IMG/VR virus record: IMGVR_UViG_3300016472_000192
Span: 1-27,245 of that record
Direction: 5' to 3' (one strand)
From: a virus
Taxonomy: Duplodnaviria > Caudoviricetes
Length of the DNA stretch: 27,245 nucleotides
In this document: piece after piece, positions 1 through 9,371 of the stretch
How positions within the stretch are numbered: position 1 is the first letter of the stretch
Layout: each line of letters opens with the position of its first letter
Notes under the pieces: generated by a model
What the model was told of the DNA's origin: nothing
Seen by the model: only the letters and a program-made list of their open reading frames with translations
The model's database searches: none
Program-made: the position numbers and the translations under genes

Positions 1-2
1 AT

Positions 3-209
3 GAATTGAATTCCTACCTTATAAAAGACGGAAGACCTGACGGTGAATTTTCAGAGCAAACATTTAATTCCTTTTTAAATGCTGGGTGGGAGAAAACTTC
101 TCATGGAGATTTAATAAAAGAATTGATCGAGACTAACTTTTTTGAGAAACTAGAGAAAAATACGGGAAATAAGAATTGGTATAAAATAAAAGAAAATCCG
201 CACTATTGA
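3..209 (+). CDS. Hypothetical protein, 5'-truncated at window edge
   Basis: Frame is open from position 3 (GAA TTG AAT TCC...) to TGA at 207-209; the TTG at 6 is probably not the real start; stop lies 3 nt before the helicase start. Confidence 0.6.
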   Translation, partial: ELNSYLIKDGRPDGEFSEQTFNSFLNAGWEKTSHGDLIKELIETNFFEKLEKNTGNKNWYKIKENPHY

Positions 210-212
210 GAA

Positions 213-1514
213 ATGCAAAATCAACACTTAGAAAACATTTGGTTTAGATCTGTAGTAGAAAATCCTGCCTATATAGAAGCAACAGAAATTAGTTATTTTA
301 AAAATTCTGATTATCAGGAAGCTTTTAAGGTAGTTAAGTCTTTTTGGAAAAAATATCAGCAGATACCTAGCAAAATACAAGTAAGAGAATCTGCTAAACT
401 TCTTAAAATAGATGACAGACTAACAGATACACTTCTTGATTCTATGTGGTCTATATCTCTTGATGATTACGATCAAGATTGGCTACAGCAGAATGTTGAA
501 TCGTGGATAGAATGGAAAACCCTAGAAAAAAGTGCAGTAGACTCCATAAATTATATAAGAAGCACTGATGTAACACCAGATAATATCAAGGATGTTATTA
601 ACACATATAAGTCGATAGTAGTTGATAGAAACAAAGTCGACTTTTCTTTTGATATGGGTCTTAATTTCAGAGATCCTGAATCTCATAAACAACCAAGTAA
701 CTTGACTTTCTCTAGCGGATATGATTATATTGATTTCTGTCTTGGAGGAGGATTTTCTGCTAAAGGATTATACGTTTTCTTAGGGCAACCTAAAGTTGGT
801 AAAACATTATGGCTTGGTAATATAGCAACACAAGCAATTAGAGCTTCTAATAACGTTGCTATTATAACACTGGAGCTTAATGATAGAAAATATATGAAAA
901 GATTAGGCTCTAATCTTTTAGGAATAAGAATGTCCGAATATAAAGATAGCGCCGAAAATGATTCCTTAATTAAGAAGAAGATTACAAATCTAGCATTTGA
1001 AAATTTAAGAACACCGGGGGAATTAGTAGTTAAAGAATTTCCCACATCACAAGCTTCCGCTATAGATGTGGAAAATTGGCTGACTAAGGTCGAACAAATA
1101 CTTGGGATGAAGTTCAAGATTGTTATTATAGACTATATTAACATTATGAAGAACTGGAGAAACCCAAACTCCGAAAATACATATATGAAGATCAAACAAA
1201 TAGCGGAGGATCTACGGGCAGCAGCACAAAGAAACCATTGGGCTATTGTCACTGCAACACAAACAAAACAAAGCGAGTTTGACGCTACAGATTTAAGTAT
1301 GAATTCAGCATCAGAATCATCAGGTTTAGTTGCTACAGTTGATGGCATGTTCGGTATTATACAGGATCCTTTAATGTATACCGAAAATGAATACAAATTA
1401 AAATTATTGGCTAACAGGGACGAAGGATATAAAAATTCATACAAAAAATTCCTGGTAGACTATAGCTATATGAGGATATCCGAAGATCCTAATTCTCAAA
1501 TAATGAATGATTAA
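213..1514 (+). CDS. Replicative DNA helicase, DnaB/T4 gp41-like (SF4)
   Basis: Walker A GQPKVGKT, ITLE, IIDYINIM (Walker B), AEDLR, TATQT and ANRD motifs; 433 aa. Confidence 0.92.
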   Translation: MQNQHLENIWFRSVVENPAYIEATEISYFKNSDYQEAFKVVKSFWKKYQQIPSKIQVRESAKLLKIDDRLTDTLLDSMWSISLDDYDQDWLQQNVESWIEWKTLEKSAVDSINYIRSTDVTPDNIKDVINTYKSIVVDRNKVDFSFDMGLNFRDPESHKQPSNLTFSSGYDYIDFCLGGGFSAKGLYVFLGQPKVGKTLWLGNIATQAIRASNNVAIITLELNDRKYMKRLGSNLLGIRMSEYKDSAENDSLIKKKITNLAFENLRTPGELVVKEFPTSQASAIDVENWLTKVEQILGMKFKIVIIDYINIMKNWRNPNSENTYMKIKQIAEDLRAAAQRNHWAIVTATQTKQSEFDATDLSMNSASESSGLVATVDGMFGIIQDPLMYTENEYKLKLLANRDEGYKNSYKKFLVDYSYMRISEDPNSQIMND

Positions 1515-1993
1515 TGAAAAAACAAAAAAAACTGATTGAAGATGAAAACGACGATCTAAATATAGAGGGTGAATTAGAATCAGAGGATTCAGGAAAAAAA
1601 GATTCATCTGAGGAGGAATTAGAATCGGATTCCACCTTAGACTATAGAAGTCTTCAGTCTATCGTTACATACGAAGATGAAGACTATATACATTCTTGTA
1701 ATTTAAATGACAAGATCGATGTTATATTTCAGGCTTCAAGATGGACAATAATAAATCCAGGCAAAAAAATACCAAAGGATCTGATCCCTCTTATATTTCA
1801 AGACATCTTAAAAGAACTAGAGGACACGGAGTTTACAATGGTTGAAAAATTTGTTGCAATATGCGACTACACTGCTATAAACTATCAAAAAGCTTATGAA
1901 TCTATTCATATGAAATATAAGGAAATGATAGTACAGGAAATGGATCAGAAATATGGTATTTTAGGTAAGAAAGGAATTAAAAGGATATTCTAA
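1514..1993 (+). CDS. Hypothetical protein; C-terminal half resembles T4 gp33 late-transcription coactivator
   Basis: Acidic low-complexity N-terminus; C-terminal VEKFVAICDYTAINYQKAYESIHMKYKEMIVQEMDQKYGIL follows the gp33-family pattern (C-x4-I...K-LI..I...KE.I..E....L) as recalled; TAATG coupling at both ends. Confidence 0.45.
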   Translation: MKKQKKLIEDENDDLNIEGELESEDSGKKDSSEEELESDSTLDYRSLQSIVTYEDEDYIHSCNLNDKIDVIFQASRWTIINPGKKIPKDLIPLIFQDILKELEDTEFTMVEKFVAICDYTAINYQKAYESIHMKYKEMIVQEMDQKYGILGKKGIKRIF

Positions 1994-3105
1994 TGCAAAA
2001 ATTTTCTAGTATTAAGAGAGTAATTTTTATTACCGACACTCACCTGGGGGTTAGAAACAATTCAAATGACTGGATAGAAATACACGAGGATTACTTCAAG
2101 AATTGGTTTATTCCATTGTGTAAAAAAATATACCAGCCGGGAGATTGCTTAGTTCATCTTGGTGATGTTTATGATAGTAGACAATCATTAAATCTTAGAG
2201 TACTAAATCTGGGTATAGAAATATTCGAGGAATTATCCGGAATATTTAAGGATGGCATTTTTATAATATGCGGGAATCATGACATATATGGAAAAAACAC
2301 CAACGAGGTAAACTCATTAAAGTCACTAAAATGGATTCCTAGAATAAAAATATTTGAAGAACCTGAGTCAATAATCTTAGGTAATCGAAAAATATTTCTG
2401 ATGCCGTGGAGAAAAGATCATGATGCTGAAAAGGAGATATTAATAAATATTAAAGAACCACATGATTATATGTTCTGTCATACCGATCTTAAGGGGTTAA
2501 TGTTTAATAAGTATGTAAGAATAGATGCTGGTCTAGATTATTCAGACATGGATAAGTTTGAAAGAGTGTATTCAGGTCATATACACTATTCGCAAACATT
2601 TGGAAAAATGAGAATGTTAGGATCACCATATCAATTAACAAGATCCGATACTGATAATCCCAAAGGTATAACTGTACTGGATTTAGAAACTGGATACGAG
2701 GAATATTACCAAAACGATTACTCCCCTAGATTTATTAGAATGACTTTTGAACAGGTTCTTAATTCTAATCCAACAGAACTAAACACAATATTTAAAAACA
2801 ATTTTATAGATATCCTAGTAGATCCTGAAATGGCAGTAAAAGCCCCCTTAGGTCTGCTAACTGAATATGTAAACCCACCATTAAAAATATCATTTACACC
2901 TATAACTAATACTAACGAAGAAATAGTAGATGAAGGATTTCATGATTTGGAGGGAAAAAGTTTTTCGATATTAGATCTAACAAAGTTATATCTTGACAAG
3001 TGTAACTACGAAGAAGATAAAAAAACAAAAATTTATAAAGCTATAGAAAAGCTACTTCATAAAGTATCAGTACAAGTTAAAGAAAATGAAGATAAGGAAG
3101 ATTGA
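1993..3105 (+). CDS. Recombination endonuclease subunit, T4 gp47/Mre11/SbcD-like metallophosphoesterase
   Basis: DTHLG, HLGDVYD, GNHD, FCH and SGHIH phosphoesterase motifs; directly upstream of a Rad50-like gene. Confidence 0.93.
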   Translation: MQKFSSIKRVIFITDTHLGVRNNSNDWIEIHEDYFKNWFIPLCKKIYQPGDCLVHLGDVYDSRQSLNLRVLNLGIEIFEELSGIFKDGIFIICGNHDIYGKNTNEVNSLKSLKWIPRIKIFEEPESIILGNRKIFLMPWRKDHDAEKEILINIKEPHDYMFCHTDLKGLMFNKYVRIDAGLDYSDMDKFERVYSGHIHYSQTFGKMRMLGSPYQLTRSDTDNPKGITVLDLETGYEEYYQNDYSPRFIRMTFEQVLNSNPTELNTIFKNNFIDILVDPEMAVKAPLGLLTEYVNPPLKISFTPITNTNEEIVDEGFHDLEGKSFSILDLTKLYLDKCNYEEDKKTKIYKAIEKLLHKVSVQVKENEDKED

Positions 3106-4753
3106 ATGGAGGAACGTAGCTTCCTATGGAAATAAAATACAAAGTCTAGAACTTCCAGAAAGTGCTGGCTTAATTCAGGTAGTAGGAGAAAATGGAGTTG
3201 GTAAGTCAACGATATCCGATGTAATAACCTTCGGTTTGTATGGAAAATTGGAGGGTAAAAAATTAAAGGATATACCTAATCGTTCCAATAAATCTGCCTG
3301 GATGAAAATAACATTCGAACAGGATGGAAGAACATATAACGTTGAAAGGGGATTAGATCCCTCTCATTTTCAATTATCCATAGACGGCAACATATACGAT
3401 CAGGCAGGTAAAAGCAACGTACAGGATTATTTAAGCGATGATATCTTAAAAATTCCTTATTATGTTTTTAATAACACCATATCCCTATCAATAAATGACT
3501 TCAAGAGCTTCTTAAAAATGAGTACCGCAGATAAAAAGTTAATTATCGATAAGATATTTGGATTTTATATCTTAAACGAGATGCGAGATATTTTAAAAGA
3601 AGAGAGCAAGAGTATAAAATCATCAATAGACCAGTTGACTGGGGAAATATTTGCTACCGGAAGATCCATAACTGCTTCACAAACAGAGCTAGAAGAATTA
3701 CAAAAGAAAATAGTAGAAAATTCGGGTGCAAAGATAGAGGAAGCAGAAGAACAACTTGAGAACTATAAAAACTTATTAGAGCTTCACACAGAAAAACTAA
3801 AATCTTTCAGATCACAAGAAAAAAGGATTAGTGATGCAGTAAATAAATCTTATGAAAAATATAGTGATCTATCCTCTAAAATAAAGGAGATAGATTCTAA
3901 AATGAACCTATATAACCAAGATAAGTGTCCCACTTGTTCATCCGATTTATCCACAGATTTCCACAAGTCAGTATTTGATGATCTTTGTGGGCTAAAAGAA
4001 AAATACGCGGAGGATCTTAAGGAACTAAAAAAGAATTATGAGGGTTCTAAGAAAGCTCAAAGGGATGTAGCAGAAGTGAAGAATGATCTATTTTCTAAAG
4101 GAAGTAAGATAGAGTCTGGAATAAGATCATTGAAGGACAAAATAAAGGATCTTAAAACCGCTAAAAATAATGACCAACTAAATTCCATAAGAAAACTATT
4201 AAACAAAGCTAATGAGGATCTTACTGAATTTAACCATGAAAAATCAGTATTTGAGGAAAAACAAACGTGGATTAAAACTCTTGATGATGTTTTAAGTGAA
4301 AAGGGTGTTAAACAATTAGCTATTAAGTCCATATTACCGTCTTTAAACAACGAAATACTAAATACCTTATTATCTCTTCACTTACCTTATAAAGTTGTTT
4401 TTAACGAAGAATTTAACGCACAGATATTTCACATGGGAGAGGAGATATCACCGCAGACTCTATCGACAGGAGAAATGAAAAAAGTAGACTTCGCAGTTTT
4501 AGTTGCAGTAATAAAACTAATGAAGATAAGATTCTCTTCTGTTAATATACTCTTCCTGGATGAGATATTCAGCTCAGTGGATCCTGACGGAGTCCACAGT
4601 ATACTAAACACATTAAGAAAGTTATCAGATGAATTAGGCATGAATATATTTGTAATAAACCATGCTCCTATGCCAACCGAGATATTTGATTACAAAATAG
4701 AGATCTCGAAAAAGAACAATTTTTCAGATATTTCTTTCGACAAGCTTTCATAG
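3086..4753 (+). CDS. Recombination ATPase subunit, T4 gp46/Rad50/SbcC-like
   Basis: Walker A GENGVGKS, coiled coil with CPTC zinc hook, signature LSTGE, Walker B LFLDEIFSSVD, H-loop INH. Confidence 0.95.
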   Translation: MKIRKIEWRNVASYGNKIQSLELPESAGLIQVVGENGVGKSTISDVITFGLYGKLEGKKLKDIPNRSNKSAWMKITFEQDGRTYNVERGLDPSHFQLSIDGNIYDQAGKSNVQDYLSDDILKIPYYVFNNTISLSINDFKSFLKMSTADKKLIIDKIFGFYILNEMRDILKEESKSIKSSIDQLTGEIFATGRSITASQTELEELQKKIVENSGAKIEEAEEQLENYKNLLELHTEKLKSFRSQEKRISDAVNKSYEKYSDLSSKIKEIDSKMNLYNQDKCPTCSSDLSTDFHKSVFDDLCGLKEKYAEDLKELKKNYEGSKKAQRDVAEVKNDLFSKGSKIESGIRSLKDKIKDLKTAKNNDQLNSIRKLLNKANEDLTEFNHEKSVFEEKQTWIKTLDDVLSEKGVKQLAIKSILPSLNNEILNTLLSLHLPYKVVFNEEFNAQIFHMGEEISPQTLSTGEMKKVDFAVLVAVIKLMKIRFSSVNILFLDEIFSSVDPDGVHSILNTLRKLSDELGMNIFVINHAPMPTEIFDYKIEISKKNNFSDISFDKLS

Positions 4754-4761
4754 GATATATA
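4754..4761 (+). promoter_or_regulatory. Putative late promoter GATATATA
   Basis: Same octamer recurs in intergenic DNA at 6379, 11184, 16332, 16400, 24128 and 26450, each upstream of a gene start. Confidence 0.6.
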
Positions 4762-4765
4762 AAAC

Positions 4766-5188
4766 ATGGCAGAAGTATATCCAGCAGGAACCGAATCTAT
4801 AAGAAATTTAAGAGAAACATTTCTATATTTTTTAGTTGTAAAAAGCGATTCTCTAGTGGATGATATACCACAAAAAGAATATTTTGTTTATAGATTTATA
4901 GTTCCAGTTACAGAGAGCGACGGAACTTCACAGATCAAGAACTATTTTAAATTTTTAGGCTCATCCAATATTTATCAATGCAGAGCTCTTAGTGATCTTG
5001 AATACGCTACTGGTAATTTTTATCATCCAGATTACAAGAATTCAAAAAAAATGGATCTCTCATTTAAGCTTAGAGAAATCCCTATATACATACAAGCAAA
5101 AATAAGGACTATCGATTTAGAAAAAGATCCATACCAATACGGAAGCAAACCTATAATAAGGGATAAAACTTCAGTAATATTGGATTAG
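4766..5188 (+). CDS. Hypothetical protein (140 aa), probably late-expressed
   Basis: Clean ORF preceded by GATATATA; no motif recognised. Confidence 0.75.
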   Translation: MAEVYPAGTESIRNLRETFLYFLVVKSDSLVDDIPQKEYFVYRFIVPVTESDGTSQIKNYFKFLGSSNIYQCRALSDLEYATGNFYHPDYKNSKKMDLSFKLREIPIYIQAKIRTIDLEKDPYQYGSKPIIRDKTSVILD

Positions 5189-5218
5189 ATCATAATTTAT
5201 TAAAAAATAATATCCGCA

Positions 5219-6055
5219 ATGAATTTTTTAGAAAAATATAATACTGACGACGTATTTTTTAGGGGGGTTATAATAGGAATTCTAAGTAAATTAAACGAGG
5301 TAGTAACTTACGATCAAACAGATAGCGACCAGAATGTAACAAAGATATACATTCCTTTCTTTTATTCTTTAGTAGGAGATGAACCATTCTTACAGGATTT
5401 TTATTTGTCCTATGAAGACTGTGACGGAAAACCTGCTTTTGCCGAAGGTAATTATGATGTTGTTCCTAGGGGTGTTCTTGAGATGGGAGCAATAAGAATA
5501 GACACAGGATCTGCAACCACTAAATTTGTTAGAGGGTCTTACACAAAAGAAGAAGAAAAAGAAGAAGGCAGTGAAATGGTAACTTATTCTTCTTACTTTT
5601 ATCCAATTCCTTTAGGAATATCTATAAATGCAAAAATAAAGGCAGATACTACACTAGATGCTTTTAAGATACAGCAGAGTGTTTTAGAAATTCTCTATAA
5701 AAGATTCGTTTACTATTTTTACTATAAGGGATTTAGAATACCAGTTCAAGTGAGTTTAGCAGATTCTCCTCCGGATAAACAGCCCAATAATTTTCAAATG
5801 TCTTATGGCTCTCAAAGGGGAGAAGCAATAACATTAAGTTTTAGCATGGAGCTGGAAACCTATCTTCCAGATCTAGATCTTACTACAGAAAGATTCAGAG
5901 GAAATCTAATGCAGGGGGGAATCAAATTAAATGTTGAATTAGGAACATCACCTACTGACAACAGCACTATAGTAACAGGATTAGGAATATACGATATTGA
6001 AAAGGATATAACGGGTGAAACTGGATCAACTGGCTCTGCCCCTTCTAATCCTTAA
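5219..6055 (+). CDS. Tail terminator / sheath stabilizer, T4 gp15-like
   Basis: N-terminal FFRGVIIG..LN, KIYIPFFY, VVPR, PIPLGISINAKI and QQSVLE pattern as in gp15 homologs; size (278 aa) and location near neck/terminase/sheath genes fit. Confidence 0.65.
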   Translation: MNFLEKYNTDDVFFRGVIIGILSKLNEVVTYDQTDSDQNVTKIYIPFFYSLVGDEPFLQDFYLSYEDCDGKPAFAEGNYDVVPRGVLEMGAIRIDTGSATTKFVRGSYTKEEEKEEGSEMVTYSSYFYPIPLGISINAKIKADTTLDAFKIQQSVLEILYKRFVYYFYYKGFRIPVQVSLADSPPDKQPNNFQMSYGSQRGEAITLSFSMELETYLPDLDLTTERFRGNLMQGGIKLNVELGTSPTDNSTIVTGLGIYDIEKDITGETGSTGSAPSNP

Positions 6056-6366
6056 GAATTTAGCGGCTGATCATCCTTAGTTACGTCCTCAGTTACATTC
6101 TCATCTTCCATTTTGGTAACTCCTGAATCTTTAGATTTTCTGTATCCTAGAAGTGCTGCTCCTATTGAAACAAAAATAATTGACTGCGTTAATATATCAA
6201 CTGACTTGTCTAAAAACATTTTATCAATACACCCCAGAAAAAAACAAATGCCGCCTATAAAAACGATATAAAGTCCTGCTGTACCACTCCCTGATGTTTT
6301 CCCATCTGAATTAGAAGTAAGTTGAGAAAAACTAAACTTCTCCATATTTGCTCTGAATTTTTTCAT
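6052..6366 (-). CDS. Small two-TM membrane protein (holin-like topology)
   Basis: Two hydrophobic helices (GLYIVFIGGICFFLGCI; ILTQSIIFVSIGAALLGY) and a charged C-tail; fills the gap between two + genes; stop overlaps the gp15 stop (TTAA). Holin function is inference only. Confidence 0.65.
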   Translation of the reverse strand: MKKFRANMEKFSFSQLTSNSDGKTSGSGTAGLYIVFIGGICFFLGCIDKMFLDKSVDILTQSIIFVSIGAALLGYRKSKDSGVTKMEDENVTEDVTKDDQPLNS

Positions 6367-6378
6367 ATACTTTTTTCT

Positions 6379-6388
6379 GATATATATT
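6379..6388. promoter_or_regulatory. Putative bidirectional late promoter GATATATATT
   Basis: Reads GATATATA on + (toward ATG 6406) and AATATATA on - (toward ATG 6366) in a 39-bp divergent gap. Confidence 0.5.
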
Positions 6389-6405
6389 AAAAATAGAAGC
6401 CAAAA

Positions 6406-8595
6406 ATGGCAGAAACTGTAATAGAATTCTCAGCTATAGGAAACTATAGGATTATATCATGGTCAGAACCGTTCCAAAACGTGGAACAATTTACTGGGTG
6501 GACTATAGATACTAGCGGGGAAGACCCCCCACACATATATTTATATCTTGAGTATAGATGGAGTATTAATGGATCTAATTGGTCTTTGTGGACTGCTTTA
6601 ACACAGCAATCCATATCTGCACTTAATTTATCGTCAAATAATTCTTTTTGGGTAGAGGTCAGACTAACTGCAGTATCTGATGAAAACTCAAGTCCTTATT
6701 ATCCACCAGGGACTTCTCTCAGTCCGGCTATAATTTTGTTAGATTTTGAATTAAATCTCCAATATACAACTGTAGATCCAAGGTCTTTAATGGCTAATCC
6801 ACCCGCACCTTTATGTAGCAAGGAGTTAACTAATTATCCGATTGTTTTTTCTGATTGCGACTTTACTTTCAAACCTTACGATATTAACAGATCTATTAAC
6901 ATGTATCAGGATCTTAGTAAGATCGTAAATAATGTTTTCGGACACGAAGTGGTATACTATTCAGTTCAACCACAAGGAAGAGGAAAAGATATTGTTCTAA
7001 AGGAATATAATATATTTAATGTAGTTGATGAGAAATGTGTTAAGGTAATGGTACCCAATAACCAATTTCCAGATGCAGCATTAACTTTCGAGTCATGGGG
7101 ATTAAACTTCCAACAACCTTTTGAAATACACATAGACAGAAAATACTTCGAAGGAATATTCGGGAAAGGATCTCAACCTAGAAAAAGGGATATAATTTAT
7201 TTCCCTTTAACAAACAGGATCTATCAGATAGATTCCATGTTCGTTTTTAGAGATGTAAACAATTATCCGGTGTATTTCAAAATACAGCTTACTAAATACG
7301 AAGTTAAGAAGAATACAACATTTTTAGATCCTGAAGCAGAATCTGCTTTATTAGATTACACCGTTAATACTAAAGATCTTTTTGGCGAAGAGGTAAAAAA
7401 TGAAGAAATAGAACTGACAAAGCCTCAACAGTATGTAGTCACATCACAAAGAAGATTAGAGGATCCAATAAGATCTTACATAAACAAGGATCTCCCTATA
7501 ATAGAGTATGACCTGAATAATAACTGGACAATAGTATTTAACAACTACTACGATTTAGATAAGATATTTATAGATGCTGAAGCTCAGATAGATCCATCCT
7601 CACCATTACTATTAGAAGTAGAAAGAGATGCAGTTAGATGGAAAGCAGATCCTATTTTAACAGCAGATGAGGAAAGATCTTTTATGTGTTGGTTTAGAAC
7701 TAGGAATTATTTAGATAGAAGTAAATTGGTACCTAAACCTGCTTCTAAATTAAATATAAGTATCGATTCAATAGGTACTAACGAGATAACATATACCACT
7801 TATCCTATACCACATAAATTATACATGGGGGAAAATCCAAATGGATTTGTTTCTATACTCGCTGATGGAACAAGATCAGGTGGATTTGAGCTTATTGAAG
7901 TCGTTGACCAATTCAGATTTACAATAAAAGACGGAGGTGCTGCTGCCCCCGTAACTACTGCGGGATGGAAAATGCAAAAAGCCCAGGCAAGGACTCTTTT
8001 TGATGGATACTACAACGGTCAAGGAATACTTATAGATTTCATATGGAGCGGGTCTAATCCAGTTACAAGTCCAACAGATAATAAATATTTGGAAACTGGA
8101 AGCTTTAGAATTAAGGTAAATGATCTGGAAGTGAGCTCACCATTTGGATCCGGTATACCAAGTACTATCGGTGAATACATTCCAACTACTGATGATTGGT
8201 ATGGATTCGTTTTTAATTTTTCTAATATATTCAGACAATACTCTCTTAAAGTTTGGAGACTCACCTATGATCCAGATAACCCAGCTACTCAGACTTCAGA
8301 TTTAAGTCTGGTTCATTCATTGGATGGTATAACAAACCAGGTATATACTTTTGATATACCGCCAGTAATAGAAGAAAATTATGATAGTCCATTTTACGGA
8401 ACTAATAACTATTCATATAAAACAAGATCTTGCCCACTATGGGCAACAAACTATAGATTTTTTAAACAAATGGTAGAGGAAGAAAAACAATCAACTATGC
8501 TCAATCAAAACATAGTAGGGGATTCCCAGTTAGCTATAATTATAGATAATGCTAAACCTGTACTTAAATTGCCGCGTGTTGCTAGAAACAGATAA
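6406..8595 (+). CDS. Neck/head-completion protein, T4 gp14-like core with N- and C-terminal extensions
   Basis: FGHEVVYY...WGLNFQQPFEIHIDRKYF...PRKRDIIYFPLTNRIYQI matches the gp14 pattern (FG...I....F......P.EGDLIYFP..N.LFEI); 729 aa, with a beta-rich C-terminal half. Confidence 0.7.
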   Translation: MAETVIEFSAIGNYRIISWSEPFQNVEQFTGWTIDTSGEDPPHIYLYLEYRWSINGSNWSLWTALTQQSISALNLSSNNSFWVEVRLTAVSDENSSPYYPPGTSLSPAIILLDFELNLQYTTVDPRSLMANPPAPLCSKELTNYPIVFSDCDFTFKPYDINRSINMYQDLSKIVNNVFGHEVVYYSVQPQGRGKDIVLKEYNIFNVVDEKCVKVMVPNNQFPDAALTFESWGLNFQQPFEIHIDRKYFEGIFGKGSQPRKRDIIYFPLTNRIYQIDSMFVFRDVNNYPVYFKIQLTKYEVKKNTTFLDPEAESALLDYTVNTKDLFGEEVKNEEIELTKPQQYVVTSQRRLEDPIRSYINKDLPIIEYDLNNNWTIVFNNYYDLDKIFIDAEAQIDPSSPLLLEVERDAVRWKADPILTADEERSFMCWFRTRNYLDRSKLVPKPASKLNISIDSIGTNEITYTTYPIPHKLYMGENPNGFVSILADGTRSGGFELIEVVDQFRFTIKDGGAAAPVTTAGWKMQKAQARTLFDGYYNGQGILIDFIWSGSNPVTSPTDNKYLETGSFRIKVNDLEVSSPFGSGIPSTIGEYIPTTDDWYGFVFNFSNIFRQYSLKVWRLTYDPDNPATQTSDLSLVHSLDGITNQVYTFDIPPVIEENYDSPFYGTNNYSYKTRSCPLWATNYRFFKQMVEEEKQSTMLNQNIVGDSQLAIIIDNAKPVLKLPRVARNR

Positions 8596-8598
8596 TTT

Positions 8599-9369
8599 AT
8601 GCCAAGAAGAAAACCAAAAAAACCCAATTTATCTAAAGAGCAAGAACTTAATCTTAAAGATAAACTCGATAGTATTTTATTAGCAGACGAGATGCTTTCT
8701 GGATTAAGTACTCCAGATATACCACCGATTAAACAACACAGAGAACTTAACATCGATGGTGTTAGAAGTGAGGTAGAGATGGAGGCTAGAGCTATATTGG
8801 ATTCACTTTCTAAGTTCTATAATGATATGGAAAGTATTTCCGAAGAGTCTTACATAAAACACAAACAAAAAGTAGATGCTATGAGTATTTCTACTATGGC
8901 ATTTCAGATTAGAACAGCTCAACACGCTATAGCTAAAATCATAGAAGAAATAGATTCAGGAAGAGTAGAACCAAGACTTTTTGAAGTTCTAGCCCAGCTA
9001 CAGAATCAGATAATGCAAATGCCCAAGAATTTTTCTTCCTATATGACCCAAATGGAAAAAAACTACAAACAGTTAAAATCCGAGGCAGAAGAAATTAAAA
9101 AAGGGGGAAATATACAATTTGACGAAAACGGAAATATATTACAAACCCAAGATAACGCAGATCTTCTTAAGGCAAGAGGTACTAGAAGTCTAATGGAGAA
9201 TCTGCAAAATGTAATGAGAGGTGGGGTAGTTAAAGATGCCGAAATAGTAAAACAAGATCCGCCAGATGATAGTTTAATAAATCCAAGAACAAAGTTCGGG
9301 GGAACAACGGATTTACTAGGAGGTGAGGATGATATAGATTTCGAAATAGAAGACGATATATTTGATTAA
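8599..9369 (+). CDS. Terminase small subunit, T4 gp16-like
   Basis: EPRLFEVLAQL resembles the gp16 PRxYEV..QL motif; GTRSLMENL resembles the C-terminal GST..L motif; directly upstream of TerL. Confidence 0.7.
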   Translation: MPRRKPKKPNLSKEQELNLKDKLDSILLADEMLSGLSTPDIPPIKQHRELNIDGVRSEVEMEARAILDSLSKFYNDMESISEESYIKHKQKVDAMSISTMAFQIRTAQHAIAKIIEEIDSGRVEPRLFEVLAQLQNQIMQMPKNFSSYMTQMEKNYKQLKSEAEEIKKGGNIQFDENGNILQTQDNADLLKARGTRSLMENLQNVMRGGVVKDAEIVKQDPPDDSLINPRTKFGGTTDLLGGEDDIDFEIEDDIFD

Positions 9370-9371
9370 TT

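Noticed and set aside
725-1444. Minus-strand ORFs 725-1117 and 1133-1444
   Set aside because: Antisense shadows of the helicase, with no motifs of their own.
4057-4641. Minus-strand ORFs inside the gp46-like gene
   Set aside because: Shadow ORFs of a well-supported + strand gene.
9357-9364. TATATTTG (TAnnTTTG) just upstream of terL
   Set aside because: Lies inside terS codons (DIFD) with no -33 element; probably chance.
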